Origin: an uncultured Bacilli bacterium
GTDB taxonomy: Bacteria; Bacillota_I; Bacilli_A; RF39; UBA660
Length of the DNA: 64,000 nucleotides
Assembly: GCA_934098515.1 (NCBI GenBank)
Contig: CAKOOK010000002.1
Location: 18,371-82,370, forward strand
Reading direction: 5' to 3'
A program made the translations under genes and the position numbers. The notes under the pieces were generated by a model. The model was not told where the DNA came from, made no database searches, and saw only the letters and a program-made list of their open reading frames with translations. This document shows, piece after piece, positions 19,501 through 29,792 of the stretch (its first letter is position 1; every line of letters begins with the position of its first letter).

Positions 19501-19546
19501 CTCGCACCTTCCTAATAAAAGTGTGAGTAAAAAAATCTATTTTATA

Positions 19547-20425
19547 CTAAAAATCTTTAATAATTATATCTTTATAATAATACTTAAGTATTTCCTTATA
19601 ACTATAACCATCTTTAGCAAGCAAATTAGCTCCGTTTTGACTCATACCAACACCATGTCCATACCCCTTAGTAGTAATGTTTACTTCATCCCCATTTATT
19701 TTTATCTCAAAATCAGTAGATCTTAAATTAAGTAATTTTCTTACCTCTACTCCTTTAAAACATTTATCTTTAACACACATCTGACTAACATGATTAGTAT
19801 CATTTCTCTTAATATCAAACCCATCAAGTGAACTTACTCCTAACTTACTTAATATATCACTAAGTTTATAATTCTTACTAACCTCATAATTATTTAAATT
19901 AACCTCTAAAAGTGATGGTACACTTTCTATATCATTAGTTCCAAAAACCTCTACAGAATTTTCTGTATATCCATTACTCATTGCAAAATAAAATGTCTTC
20001 ATAATACTATCATTCTTATAAATTACCTCATTACCTGTCTCATTTACTGCATTTATTACTTTTTCATAATACTTATTAAAGTCATCACCCCATCTTTTTT
20101 TTAATTCATAAATATCCAAATAAGCCTGAGCATTCAAATTTGTACTATATAAATTATCACTATCTTTAGAACTTAATAAATAACTTCTTGCAGCAACCGA
20201 CTGTGCTTTTAAAGCCTCATCATTAAATAAAGCCGGCATTTCTGCCGCAACTACTCCAAACACATAATCATTAACATCTAAATATAAATTTCTATCTTGC
20301 AAATTTACAATTTTTGTATTTTTAGAAGTATTTTCATCAATAAAAAAAGTAGCTTTTCTTTTAAACCAAAAACTACATATACTGCATGGAATCAAAAACG
20401 TAATAACAAGTAAAAGTTTTTTCAT
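19547..20425 (-). CDS. spoIID: Stage II sporulation protein D (SpoIID/LytB family lytic transglycosylase)
   Basis: 292 aa. Signal peptide. ..EALKAQSVAARSY.. SpoIID motif. Confidence 0.7.
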   Translation of the reverse strand: MKKLLLVITFLIPCSICSFWFKRKATFFIDENTSKNTKIVNLQDRNLYLDVNDYVFGVVAAEMPALFNDEALKAQSVAARSYLLSSKDSDNLYSTNLNAQAYLDIYELKKRWGDDFNKYYEKVINAVNETGNEVIYKNDSIMKTFYFAMSNGYTENSVEVFGTNDIESVPSLLEVNLNNYEVSKNYKLSDILSKLGVSSLDGFDIKRNDTNHVSQMCVKDKCFKGVEVRKLLNLRSTDFEIKINGDEVNITTKGYGHGVGMSQNGANLLAKDGYSYKEILKYYYKDIIIKDF

Positions 20426-20433
20426 AAAATCTC

Positions 20434-20628
20434 CTATACAATTGCACTTATACTTAAAAACTCTATAATAAAACTTCCAAATAAATATCCCATAATAAAA
20501 CTAATTACAACTATAAAACATCTTGCTTCCCAAACATGATTTGCCTTAAAAAAATTATTAAAGTTAATCCCTGAAACAATAAATATGCTAAGTAAAACAG
20601 ATAAAATATAAATTACTGTCTTATACAT
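20434..20628 (-). CDS. small hypothetical membrane protein
   Basis: 64 aa, two hydrophobic segments. Confidence 0.25.
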   Translation of the reverse strand: MYKTVIYILSVLLSIFIVSGINFNNFFKANHVWEARCFIVVISFIMGYLFGSFIIEFLSISAIV

Positions 20629-21064
20629 TATATTCTCCCTTTTCTATTTTTATAATCTCTTCACATCTTCTTATGTGTCTTTCTTCATTACTAAAGCTAG
20701 TTTCTAAAAATATTTTAACCATCTCTATTGCATCAGGATTCTTTGCCCCAAAAGCCATAACATTTGCATTATTATGCATCTTACTAAGTCTAGCCTCTTG
20801 AGCATTTGTAACATGGGCACATCTAATACCCTTAACCTTATTAGCAGCTATACTCATTCCAATACCAGTTCCACATATTAAAATACCTAAATCAGCCTTA
20901 CCACTAACAACCATCTCACTTACCTTATACGCAAAATCAGGATAATCATCTAAAGGATCATTAACCGGACTACAATCAATAAACTCTGCTATATCACTTA
21001 ACTTATTAATAATTTCTTCTTTTAAAGCTGGACCATTATGGTCAGTTCCTATTGCTACTTTCAT
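20621..21064 (-). CDS. rpiB: Ribose-5-phosphate isomerase B (RpiB/LacAB family)
   Basis: 147 aa. MKVAIGTDHNG..ILICGTGIGMSIAANK. Confidence 0.8.
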   Translation of the reverse strand: MKVAIGTDHNGPALKEEIINKLSDIAEFIDCSPVNDPLDDYPDFAYKVSEMVVSGKADLGILICGTGIGMSIAANKVKGIRCAHVTNAQEARLSKMHNNANVMAFGAKNPDAIEMVKIFLETSFSNEERHIRRCEEIIKIEKGEYNV

Positions 21065-21129
21065 ACTATCACCACCATCATTATACTATCACTCTTATTT
21101 ATAAGCAAATAAAAACTAAGATATTACTC

Positions 21130-21357
21130 TTAGTCCAAATTGTATTTTTTATTAAATTTATCTACTGCACCAGTCTTCTTATGCTTTCCTTGAGCACCAG
21201 TATAGAATGGATGACAAGCATTACAAGTATCAACTGTAAATGACTCTGCCTTTAATGTAGAAACTGCTTCAAATTCATTACCACAAACACATTTAAAAGT
21301 TACCTTTTTAGTTTCTGGATGTAATCCCTTTTTCATATTCGCATCTCCTTCCGCCAT
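21130..21357 (-). CDS. rpmE: 50S ribosomal protein L31 (probable true start at 21336, MKKGLHPE)
   Basis: MKKGLHPE..CxC..CNACHPFYTG signature. Confidence 0.8.
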   Translation of the reverse strand: MAEGDANMKKGLHPETKKVTFKCVCGNEFEAVSTLKAESFTVDTCNACHPFYTGAQGKHKKTGAVDKFNKKYNLD

Positions 21358-21424
21358 GACTTTTACTAAGCCATAGAAATTCGTTTCTTATGTATTATAT
21401 CATATTTTTTCAAATATTCAACAA

Positions 21425-22681
21425 CTATTCGTCGATTATTTCGATTTTAGCTCCTACTGAAGATAACTTACCAACAATATTTTCATAACCTCTTAAAATA
21501 TGTTCAATATTTACAATCTTCGTAGTCCCTTCAGCAATCATCCCCGCAACCATCATCGCCGCTCCTGCTCTTAAATCAGTTGCTTCAACATCTCTACCTA
21601 ATAAATCAGACTTACCAAAAATAATTGCACTTTTATCAAATAACTTTATATTAGCTCCCATCGCATTTAAATACTTAATATGTCTCATCCTGTTTTCATA
21701 TATAGTCTCTTCAAATAAAGACTCACCTTCACACTGAGTAAGTAACGTACTCATTGGTTGACCTAAATCCGTTGGAAATCCCGGATAAACAAGTGTCTTA
21801 ACATTTACTGGTTTAAGTTTATCTACCTTATTAACAACTATTGTTGTCCCATCAATCTTAATATCACAACCAGCTTCCATTAATTTAGTTAAAACAGACT
21901 CTAAATGCTCTTTAATAACGCCTTCAATTACTAAATTCTTACCAAGAAGACTACCAATCATAATATAAGTTCCAGCTTCAATCCTATCTGGTATAACCTC
22001 AACAATACCATCACCTAAAGTATCAACGCCTTCTATCGTTATCTGACTAGTTCCAGCACCATAAACCTTAGCGCCCATCGTACCTAAAAATGATGCTACA
22101 TTTACTATCTCTGGCTCCTTAGCAGCATTATAAATATGTGTTACACCCTTTGCTTTAACTGCTGCAAACATAATATTAAGCGTAGCTCCTACACTAGCAA
22201 AATCTAAGAATATATCATTACCTTTAAGTTCTTTAGCATCAACAATATATTCCTTATTATCCTTAATCTTAACATTAGCACCCAACTTTTCAAATCCATT
22301 TAAATGAAAATTGATTGGCCTAGATCCTATTGAGCATCCACCAGGATAAGAAATCTCTGCATGTCCATACTTAGCAAGCAAAACTCCCATAAAATAATAT
22401 GATGCCCTTAATTTAGAAGCATATTCCTCGTCAATAACAGCATTCTTAGAATTACTATTATCAATATAAAGAGTATCCCCCTCAAATTTTATAGATGATC
22501 CTAATTTTTCCATCATCTCAATAAGTCTATGAACATCACTTATGTCTGGCACGTTATAAATAACGCATTTCCCATCAGTAAGCATCGCTGCTGGAATAAG
22601 TGCAACTACACTATTCTTAGCTCCACCTATTTTAATAGTTCCAGATAACTCATGCTTGCCTTCAATAATTAATTTCTTCAT
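21425..22681 (-). CDS. murA: UDP-N-acetylglucosamine 1-carboxyvinyltransferase
   Basis: 418 aa. Characteristic MurA N-term and active-site Cys region (PGGCSIGSRPI). Confidence 0.9.
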   Translation of the reverse strand: MKKLIIEGKHELSGTIKIGGAKNSVVALIPAAMLTDGKCVIYNVPDISDVHRLIEMMEKLGSSIKFEGDTLYIDNSNSKNAVIDEEYASKLRASYYFMGVLLAKYGHAEISYPGGCSIGSRPINFHLNGFEKLGANVKIKDNKEYIVDAKELKGNDIFLDFASVGATLNIMFAAVKAKGVTHIYNAAKEPEIVNVASFLGTMGAKVYGAGTSQITIEGVDTLGDGIVEVIPDRIEAGTYIMIGSLLGKNLVIEGVIKEHLESVLTKLMEAGCDIKIDGTTIVVNKVDKLKPVNVKTLVYPGFPTDLGQPMSTLLTQCEGESLFEETIYENRMRHIKYLNAMGANIKLFDKSAIIFGKSDLLGRDVEATDLRAGAAMMVAGMIAEGTTKIVNIEHILRGYENIVGKLSSVGAKIEIIDE

Positions 22682-22742
22682 ATCTCTTCCTCTTTACATA
22701 ATTATCCAACTTTAATATATAATGACTGACTTTTTAAATCAA

Positions 22743-23279
22743 CTAATTAAAGAATATTTTACATAAATTTACAATTGCTAAAATAAAAAGCAACACACTT
22801 CCAAAAACATTTGCTTCCTTTTTTAAACACTTCTTTGAATACTTGCCAGTCATAAGGCCAATGTAAGTTAAAGATCCAGCACATGTACTAAAAATAATTG
22901 AACTTGCAATATAATGATTTGTTATACCAGATAATCCTAATCCTACAGTTAAACTATCTATACTAACACTAAAAGCCGTAAATAAAATACTAATAAAACT
23001 CTTTAAAATAACATTATCTTCATTATTTCTAGTAACAAACATCATAATAGACAAATAAAAAAATACGGCAACCATTAAAAAACTAGGATCAAAATATAAA
23101 ATATCTCGAATAAAAAAACTAAAACTATTCCCAAGCATCGGCATTACAAAATGAAACACGGCTACACATAAAGGAAGTAAAATAAATGTTCTCTTACTTA
23201 TCTTCTGCATCCCAATACCAATCGATAATCCAAAAGCATCCATACTAAGAGCAAGACCAATAAAAAAAATACTTAACAT
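22743..23279 (-). CDS. MntP-like (DUF204) putative manganese efflux membrane protein
   Basis: 178 aa, 6 TM. N-term LALSMDAFGLSIGIG matches the MntP signature. Confidence 0.5.
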   Translation of the reverse strand: MLSIFFIGLALSMDAFGLSIGIGMQKISKRTFILLPLCVAVFHFVMPMLGNSFSFFIRDILYFDPSFLMVAVFFYLSIMMFVTRNNEDNVILKSFISILFTAFSVSIDSLTVGLGLSGITNHYIASSIIFSTCAGSLTYIGLMTGKYSKKCLKKEANVFGSVLLFILAIVNLCKIFFN

Positions 23280-23300
23280 TATGCCTCCTAGTTAAGTATA

Positions 23301-23825
23301 TTATCTAAATTTTTCAATTATGCTCTTTACAAAAAATTTATATTCAACATCGCTTGTCGTTTCATTTTCTTCCATAAGACAAAGTGGAGGAAATAGAACA
23401 CACCACCAGTTATCACCTTCTCCATCACCCAAAGTAACAACTAATGAATTATAATACCCGCCATCATACACTATACCTTTATAAGTTTTACTTGGAAAAT
23501 AATTCATTCCATAACTAACAGTAAAATTATCACTCATTAAATTCTGCTTTATTAACCCATTTATATTATCAACTTCACTTGACACAATTTTTTCTGCTTC
23601 ACCAACCGTACTAGCACTCACCACTTTATCATATAAATAATCTTCTAATTTTCTCTTTAAATTTAACTTAGTTTTAATATCACCAGGAGCATTGCTATTA
23701 CTAACTACTCTAAATCTAATTGATGAACTAGGAATAACAACTGATTCATTCTTACTTTTATTAAGTACGCCCACCGAAATAACAGCAGCTGTTATTATTA
23801 ACAATTTCTTCATAAAAAAAATCAC
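23301..23825 (-). CDS. spoIIR: Stage II sporulation protein R (SpoIIR)
   Basis: 174 aa. Signal peptide. Conserved DNWWCVLFPPLC motif. Confidence 0.7.
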   Translation of the reverse strand: MIFFMKKLLIITAAVISVGVLNKSKNESVVIPSSSIRFRVVSNSNAPGDIKTKLNLKRKLEDYLYDKVVSASTVGEAEKIVSSEVDNINGLIKQNLMSDNFTVSYGMNYFPSKTYKGIVYDGGYYNSLVVTLGDGEGDNWWCVLFPPLCLMEENETTSDVEYKFFVKSIIEKFR

Positions 23826-23859
23826 CTTTCACTTAAACAGTGGGTGACTTTCAAACTTT

Positions 23860-24594
23860 TTATTCATTTATAACAAAAATATATCTGTCTCTGCCAGTTA
23901 AATCTTTTTCTAACTTTACTTTAGCCTTAGGAAATGCTTCCTTAGCAAGTGCTTTTATTTCTTTACCATTATCTTCATCTATCTCAAGTGCTATTAAAAA
24001 CTTCTTATTTAAATATTTCTTAGCTACTCCAAAAATTACTGGATAAAACTTTAGTCCATCCTTACCACCAAACAAAGCATTATGTGGTTCAAACCTTGTC
24101 TTCTCATCTAAAACATCTGTTTCTTTTAAATAAGGAGGATTACTAATTAACACATCATAATTGTTGAAAAGTTTACACTTATTAACATCCTGCTTTATAA
24201 AAGTTATCTTACACTTATTAAGTTTAGCATTCTTTTTAGCTATCTTTAAAGCACCAATACTAATATCAGTAGCAGTAATCTCTAAGTCTTCCTTCTCTTT
24301 CTTTAAAGCAATACTTATACATCCTGAACCAGTACCTATCTCAAGCACAGAAGCCTTATTAAACTTATACTCATCAATATATTTAAGTGTCTTTTCAACA
24401 AGCGTTTCTGTTTCAAACCTTGGTATCAAAACATTCTTATTAACCATAATCTTATATCCATAAAAGTCTACATTACCAATCAAATACTGAATCGGATAAC
24501 CATTTTCAATCCTTCTAATTGGATAATCCATATTCTGATACTTCTGTTCTAAAAGACGCCAATCAGTTAAACTTATAAAATCTGGTCTTTTCAT
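23860..24594 (-). CDS. prmC: Release-factor glutamine N5-methyltransferase PrmC/HemK
   Basis: NPPY motif (ISNPPYL), SAM-binding EIGTGSG. Overlaps the prfA stop. Confidence 0.8.
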   Translation of the reverse strand: MKRPDFISLTDWRLLEQKYQNMDYPIRRIENGYPIQYLIGNVDFYGYKIMVNKNVLIPRFETETLVEKTLKYIDEYKFNKASVLEIGTGSGCISIALKKEKEDLEITATDISIGALKIAKKNAKLNKCKITFIKQDVNKCKLFNNYDVLISNPPYLKETDVLDEKTRFEPHNALFGGKDGLKFYPVIFGVAKKYLNKKFLIALEIDEDNGKEIKALAKEAFPKAKVKLEKDLTGRDRYIFVINE

Positions 24595-25649
24595 TCTGCA
24601 TTTTCCATCTTAATTCTAGTATCTTCAGCAATTAATGCCTCAATAATAGGTTCAATATTACCATCCATAACTCTATCAAGTTCCATAATACTAAAATTAA
24701 TTCTATGATCTGTAACTCTATTTTGTGGATAATTATAAGTTCTAATCTTCTCTGACCTATCTCCCGTACCAATCATACTCTTGCGAGCGCTACCAGCTGC
24801 TTTATTCTTCTCTTGTTGTTGCATATCATAAATTCTACTCTTTAAAACAACCATCGCTCTTGCCTTATTCTTAATTTGACTTCTTTCATTTTGACAAGTA
24901 ACAACAATACCAGTTGGAATATGTGTAACTCTAACAGCACTATCAGTAGTATTAACACCTTGTCCGCCCTTACCACTAGAACGATATACATCAACCCTTA
25001 CATCTTCTGGCTTAATCTCAACATCAACATCATCAACTTCAGGCATAACTAAAACAGTCGCAGTAGAAGTATGAATTCTTCCCTGTGTCTCAGTTTCTGG
25101 AACTCTTTGAACTCTATGAACTCCACTTTCAAACTTTAATTTAGAATAAACATTATCTCCCTTAACTAAAAACTCAATCTGTGAAAATCCACCACTAGTT
25201 CCTTCTTCTTCTCTAGATACTTCAATCTTCCAATTATTTTTTTCAGCGTATCTACTATACATTCTAAATAAATCTCCAGCAAAAATATTAGCTTCATCTC
25301 CACCAGCAGCACCTCTGATTTCCATAATAATATCCTTACCATCATTTTCATCCTTAGGTAAAAGAAGAATCTCAAGCTCACTATTAATCTTTTCAAGAAG
25401 AGCATGTTTCTCATCCAACTCCATGGACGCAATCTCATGCATTTCTGGGTCATTAACCAAAGACTTCAAATCTTCTATTTCTGCAGTAACTTTTTTTAGC
25501 TCATCATACTTCATTACAGAAGGCTCAATACTGCTCTTTTCCTTTGAAAGTTTCATCTGCTTAGAAAAATCACTTAACACTTCAGGATTAAGTAATTCCT
25601 CATTTAACTCCTCATATCTCTTTTTTAATAATTCCAATCTTTCTATCAT
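24591..25649 (-). CDS. prfA: Peptide chain release factor 1
   Basis: 352 aa. GGQ motif (SSGKGGQGVNTT), PET tripeptide region. Confidence 0.9.
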   Translation of the reverse strand: MIERLELLKKRYEELNEELLNPEVLSDFSKQMKLSKEKSSIEPSVMKYDELKKVTAEIEDLKSLVNDPEMHEIASMELDEKHALLEKINSELEILLLPKDENDGKDIIMEIRGAAGGDEANIFAGDLFRMYSRYAEKNNWKIEVSREEEGTSGGFSQIEFLVKGDNVYSKLKFESGVHRVQRVPETETQGRIHTSTATVLVMPEVDDVDVEIKPEDVRVDVYRSSGKGGQGVNTTDSAVRVTHIPTGIVVTCQNERSQIKNKARAMVVLKSRIYDMQQQEKNKAAGSARKSMIGTGDRSEKIRTYNYPQNRVTDHRINFSIMELDRVMDGNIEPIIEALIAEDTRIKMENAE

Positions 25650-25678
25650 ATTAACCTCTTTCTTTATATAAGAGTAGG

Positions 25679-26113
25679 CTACATTAACTCTCCATCATTC
25701 TCTTCTTCAGAATCAATAATTACTAAATCATCTAAATCATCATCACTATCTAAATCATCCATAGATTCATCATCATAGTTCTCTTCTTCAGATTCCTCTT
25801 CAGTATCCATATCTTCCTCATTCATCATTTCATACTCTTCATCGTCATCATCATCAATAATAACTTTAGTACTATGATTTATCTTCAAATCACAATATCC
25901 TTTATCTAATATAATAAATCTTTTATCTGTCGTAATAAGTTCAAAAAAGTCACCAATACCTTCTTCATATTCACTTTCAGGTAATCCCATAACTTTAATT
26001 ACTTTTTTAAATAAATCTTGTATTTTAATTTTCTTTTTTTCATCGTTTAAGATTAAATATGCTACATCATCATAAGACAAAGTTTCCTTTTCTTCATCTG
26101 TAAGTTTTACCAT
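25679..26113 (-). CDS. rpoE: RNA polymerase delta subunit (HARE-HTH N-domain + acidic tail)
   Basis: 144 aa. N-domain aligns with B. subtilis RpoE (..DGRFI.LDKG..). C-terminal about 60 aa almost entirely D/E. Confidence 0.7.
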   Translation of the reverse strand: MVKLTDEEKETLSYDDVAYLILNDEKKKIKIQDLFKKVIKVMGLPESEYEEGIGDFFELITTDKRFIILDKGYCDLKINHSTKVIIDDDDDEEYEMMNEEDMDTEEESEEENYDDESMDDLDSDDDLDDLVIIDSEEENDGELM

Positions 26114-26227
26114 AACTATATCCTCCTCTAAAAACCATTATATGTTTCACTAAAATAAATGATAATGGCTTTTTAAACAAACATAATTTTATCATATTAT
26201 ATTGCATTGTCAACAAAAAAAATATAC

Positions 26228-26545
26228 TTAATCGAAAGTTAACACAATCCTGTTGTTTATCTGTGTTTCACTTTCAATATTATAGTATATTTCTCTTCTC
26301 TTATTCCCATTATTTACACTAAGAACATCTATCTTTAAATTCAAATGATAATCCTGCTCTTTAATAATAATCTCACTAGTACTATTCTTAAAATCTAATA
26401 AATATCTAAAACTAGCATCTTCTCTAATAAGAACATCCTTATCTAAATCATAAATAATATTTCCAAAAACTAGTAATCTATCATCTATCTTACCATCAGA
26501 ACTTAATACTAAATCTCCGTCTTTATATAATTCAATTTTAATCAT
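26228..26545 (-). CDS. hypothetical small protein (possibly DUF1934/YwiB-like beta-barrel)
   Basis: 105 aa. Weak resemblance only. Confidence 0.3.
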   Translation of the reverse strand: MIKIELYKDGDLVLSSDGKIDDRLLVFGNIIYDLDKDVLIREDASFRYLLDFKNSTSEIIIKEQDYHLNLKIDVLSVNNGNKRREIYYNIESETQINNRIVLTFD

Positions 26546-26611
26546 AAAACATCACTACAACCATTCTAGCATAAAAACAAACACTTTTACCATAATAATA
26601 AACGGTGAAAC

Positions 26612-28525
26612 ATGAAAAAACTAAAATTTATATATAAATTAACTATCTTTTTGATGATAACATTTACAGTAATTATCTCTTGTCTTTACACATACGCCTA
26701 CTTCAGTCCCAAAATAACCCTAAACTCTGCAAATGCATTATCTCTATATGATAATGAAAACAATCTAATTCTGCAAACAAGTAACAACAAAAAATGGGCT
26801 AATATAAATGAAATATCTAATGACTTAATAAACGCAACAATTTCTGTTGAAGATAAAAACTTTTACCATCACTTTGGCTTTGACTATTTAAGAATCATAA
26901 AATCACTATATTTAAACGCTAAAACTAAATCTATAACAGCTGGAGCATCAACTATCTCTCAACAGTACGTTAAAAACTTATTTTTAGACTTCGATCAAAC
27001 CTGGAAAAGAAAAATTAAAGAAGCTATGCTAACTCTAAATCTAGAAGTTCACTACTCAAAAAAAGAAATACTAGAAGGCTATCTTAATACAATAAATTAT
27101 GGTCAAGGAAACTTTGGTATCGAAAATGCTAGTAACTATTACTTTAATAAAAAAAGTAGTGAACTTACCCTAGAAGAGGCAATTATCCTCGCCGGTATAC
27201 CTAAAAGTCCAGAAAACTATAACCCAGTAAGTAACTATGACGCCTCCATTAAAAGAGCAAAAATCGTTGCTAAAGCAATGTACAAAAATAAAAAAATTGA
27301 TGAAGAAACTTACAAAAATCTATTTTCTAAAAAAATTAATATTTACGGTCAAAGAAAAACAAATAACATGCAAACCTTAATGTATTATTATGATGCTGTC
27401 TTAAATGAACTAAATAGTATTCCAAATATTCCCAAAGACTTAATTAAATCAAAAGGTCTAAAAGTATATACAAACCTCGATATAAATGCTCAGCAAAAAC
27501 TAGATAATACTTTTAAAGAAAATGAAAATAAAGATAACATTGAACTTGCAGCAATAATGGCTGAACCATCTACTGGAAAAATATTCGCTCTTGCTGGTGG
27601 TCTAAACTACTCTAAAAGTCAGTTTAATCGTGCAATCTTTGCTAAAAGACAAGTCGGTTCAACTATTAAACCATTTCTCTACTACGCAGCATTAAACAAT
27701 AACATGACCGAAGCAAGTACATTTAAAAGTGAAGAAACAAGTTTCGTCTTTGCAGAAAATAAAAAATATACACCCAAAAACTACAGTAACATCTACGCAG
27801 ATAAAAACATTACTATGGCAGCCGCTCTAGCCTATTCAGACAATATTTATGCCGTAAAAACCCATTTATTCATCGGAACAGAAGAATTAGTAAACACTTT
27901 AAAAGAAGCTGGCCTAAAAAAAGAAATAGATGCATTCCCAGCCTTAGCTCTTGGTGCAGTTGAACTAAACTTATTAGATTACGTCGAAACATATAACACC
28001 CTAGCAAACTATGGCACATATAAAGACTTATACTTCATCGAAAAAGTCGAAGACTATGAAGGTAACCTTATATATAAGCATAAAAATGAAACAAAAGACG
28101 TACTAAACAAAGATAACGTATTCATTATAAACGAAATGCTTACAAACACGTATAATGCCTCTTTTATTGACTACCAATCACCAACAATAATTTCACTAAA
28201 TAGTAGACTAACTAAAAAATACGCCATCAAAAGTGGTACAACAGATAACGACTATCTAGTTATTGGCTATAACCCTGACGTTTTAATGTTCGTATGGGCA
28301 GGCTCTGATTACAATGGAACAGTACCTAAAGCATATTCATCTAAAATAAAAAATATTTGGTGCGATAACGTCGAAGAATATCTTAAAGATAAAGAATCAA
28401 TATGGTATACTCCTAGTGATAATATAATTGCAGTTCCTCTAGACCCAATAAGCGGTAAAGCAGCAGAATCTAACAAAAACATTCTATATTATTTCAAACG
28501 TGGTACAGAACCAATAACTAACTAA
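26612..28525 (+). CDS. Class A penicillin-binding protein (glycosyltransferase + transpeptidase)
   Basis: 637 aa. N-terminal TM. GT51 motifs (SVEDKNFYHHFG). TP motifs STIKP, YSDN, KSGTT. Confidence 0.8.
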   Translation: MKKLKFIYKLTIFLMITFTVIISCLYTYAYFSPKITLNSANALSLYDNENNLILQTSNNKKWANINEISNDLINATISVEDKNFYHHFGFDYLRIIKSLYLNAKTKSITAGASTISQQYVKNLFLDFDQTWKRKIKEAMLTLNLEVHYSKKEILEGYLNTINYGQGNFGIENASNYYFNKKSSELTLEEAIILAGIPKSPENYNPVSNYDASIKRAKIVAKAMYKNKKIDEETYKNLFSKKINIYGQRKTNNMQTLMYYYDAVLNELNSIPNIPKDLIKSKGLKVYTNLDINAQQKLDNTFKENENKDNIELAAIMAEPSTGKIFALAGGLNYSKSQFNRAIFAKRQVGSTIKPFLYYAALNNNMTEASTFKSEETSFVFAENKKYTPKNYSNIYADKNITMAAALAYSDNIYAVKTHLFIGTEELVNTLKEAGLKKEIDAFPALALGAVELNLLDYVETYNTLANYGTYKDLYFIEKVEDYEGNLIYKHKNETKDVLNKDNVFIINEMLTNTYNASFIDYQSPTIISLNSRLTKKYAIKSGTTDNDYLVIGYNPDVLMFVWAGSDYNGTVPKAYSSKIKNIWCDNVEEYLKDKESIWYTPSDNIIAVPLDPISGKAAESNKNILYYFKRGTEPITN

Positions 28526-28535
28526 AAAAGCAAGC

Positions 28536-29774
28536 CTACTCAGCTTGTTTTTCTATCTTTATAATCATCTGATACAAATCTTCAAAATCAAAATCTTCAC
28601 TAGAAACATTATATCCTGCTTCCTTTAATTCGTTAACAAAATCATTATAAGCCTCTTTAACAGAATCTAAATTATTTTCTAAAATTCTCTTCTTTGGAGG
28701 TTCTACCGGTTTTTCTTCTTCTTTTTTAACTTCTTCAAGTGGAACATCAAGACTTTCTAATGGTACATCTTTACTAATAGTACTACTACTATTAAATGGA
28801 TTAAACTCTTCCAATCTATCCATAGGCTCCATATTCATATTAGTAACTTCATCCTCTAAAGATGGATACTCTGGAGTATTATTACTAAAATTAAATAAAT
28901 TAAATCCTGGACTTGGTTGTGTTTTTTCTTTTTTAACATCTGATTCATTTATAGGATCTTCTGCCATTAAATCAAGAGTTTCCGTTTTCTCTTCTTTTGC
29001 TGGTTCAGAATTAAATATATTATCAGAATTATCAAATATATTGGTAGATTCATCAACTTTAGGAGCATTATCTAACACGCTTAAATTTTCAACTGGAGTA
29101 CTAACATCACCTAAATCTTCATAAGCAGGTGCCTCACTTATAACTGGTTCACTTACTAAATTACTTTCCTTCTTTATCTCATCATCTAACTGTCTAACAG
29201 TAAGTCTTTCAGAAATAACCTTATTTAATAAAGCCTTCTGCTTCTCAGGATCAGTTACACTAAGTAAACTTCTCGCATGTCTTTCACTAATTTTATCATT
29301 CATGAGTGCATCTTGCGCTTCACTAGTTAAATTCAATAATCTTAACTTATTTGCAATCGTTGACTGTGAAACTCCAATTTTCTTAGCAAGTTCATCTTGC
29401 GTTAAACCTTCCTTATCAAGAATCTTCTTATAACTCTTAGCTTCCTCTAGTGAATTTAAATTTCTTCTTTGAACATTTTCAACTAAAGCAATTTCAGCAC
29501 TCTTATTATCATCAATATTAGAAATTATTGCTGGAACTTCAGTTAACCCAGCAAGTTGTGCAGCCTTATAACGTCTTTCACCTGCAATTATCTCATATTT
29601 ATCCCCAAGTCTTCTTAATACAAGTGGCTGAATAATACCATGCTCTTTAATTGATGAAGCAAGCTCATTTAAAGACTTCTCATCAAAAGTAAGTCTAGGC
29701 TGAAACCTATTTGGAATAATATAATCTATATTAACATTTTGTATTAACGGCTCTCTATTCATAAAACAACCCAT
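28536..29774 (-). CDS. ParB/Spo0J/Noc-family protein with about 200-aa acidic low-complexity C-terminal extension; no adjacent parA
   Basis: ParB N-domain (..IIPNRFQPR.., IQPLVLRR..YEIIAGERRYKAA), HTH (LTQDELAKKIGVSQSTIANKLRLL). Sits next to rsmG as noc does in Bacillus. Confidence 0.75.
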   Translation of the reverse strand: MGCFMNREPLIQNVNIDYIIPNRFQPRLTFDEKSLNELASSIKEHGIIQPLVLRRLGDKYEIIAGERRYKAAQLAGLTEVPAIISNIDDNKSAEIALVENVQRRNLNSLEEAKSYKKILDKEGLTQDELAKKIGVSQSTIANKLRLLNLTSEAQDALMNDKISERHARSLLSVTDPEKQKALLNKVISERLTVRQLDDEIKKESNLVSEPVISEAPAYEDLGDVSTPVENLSVLDNAPKVDESTNIFDNSDNIFNSEPAKEEKTETLDLMAEDPINESDVKKEKTQPSPGFNLFNFSNNTPEYPSLEDEVTNMNMEPMDRLEEFNPFNSSSTISKDVPLESLDVPLEEVKKEEEKPVEPPKKRILENNLDSVKEAYNDFVNELKEAGYNVSSEDFDFEDLYQMIIKIEKQAE

Positions 29775-29792
29775 CCTATTCTAAATATAATA

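Noticed and set aside
25166-25453. 95-aa minus-strand ORF overlapping prfA in another frame
   Set aside because: Same-strand alternative frame inside a strongly supported gene (RF1 GGQ); no independent signal.
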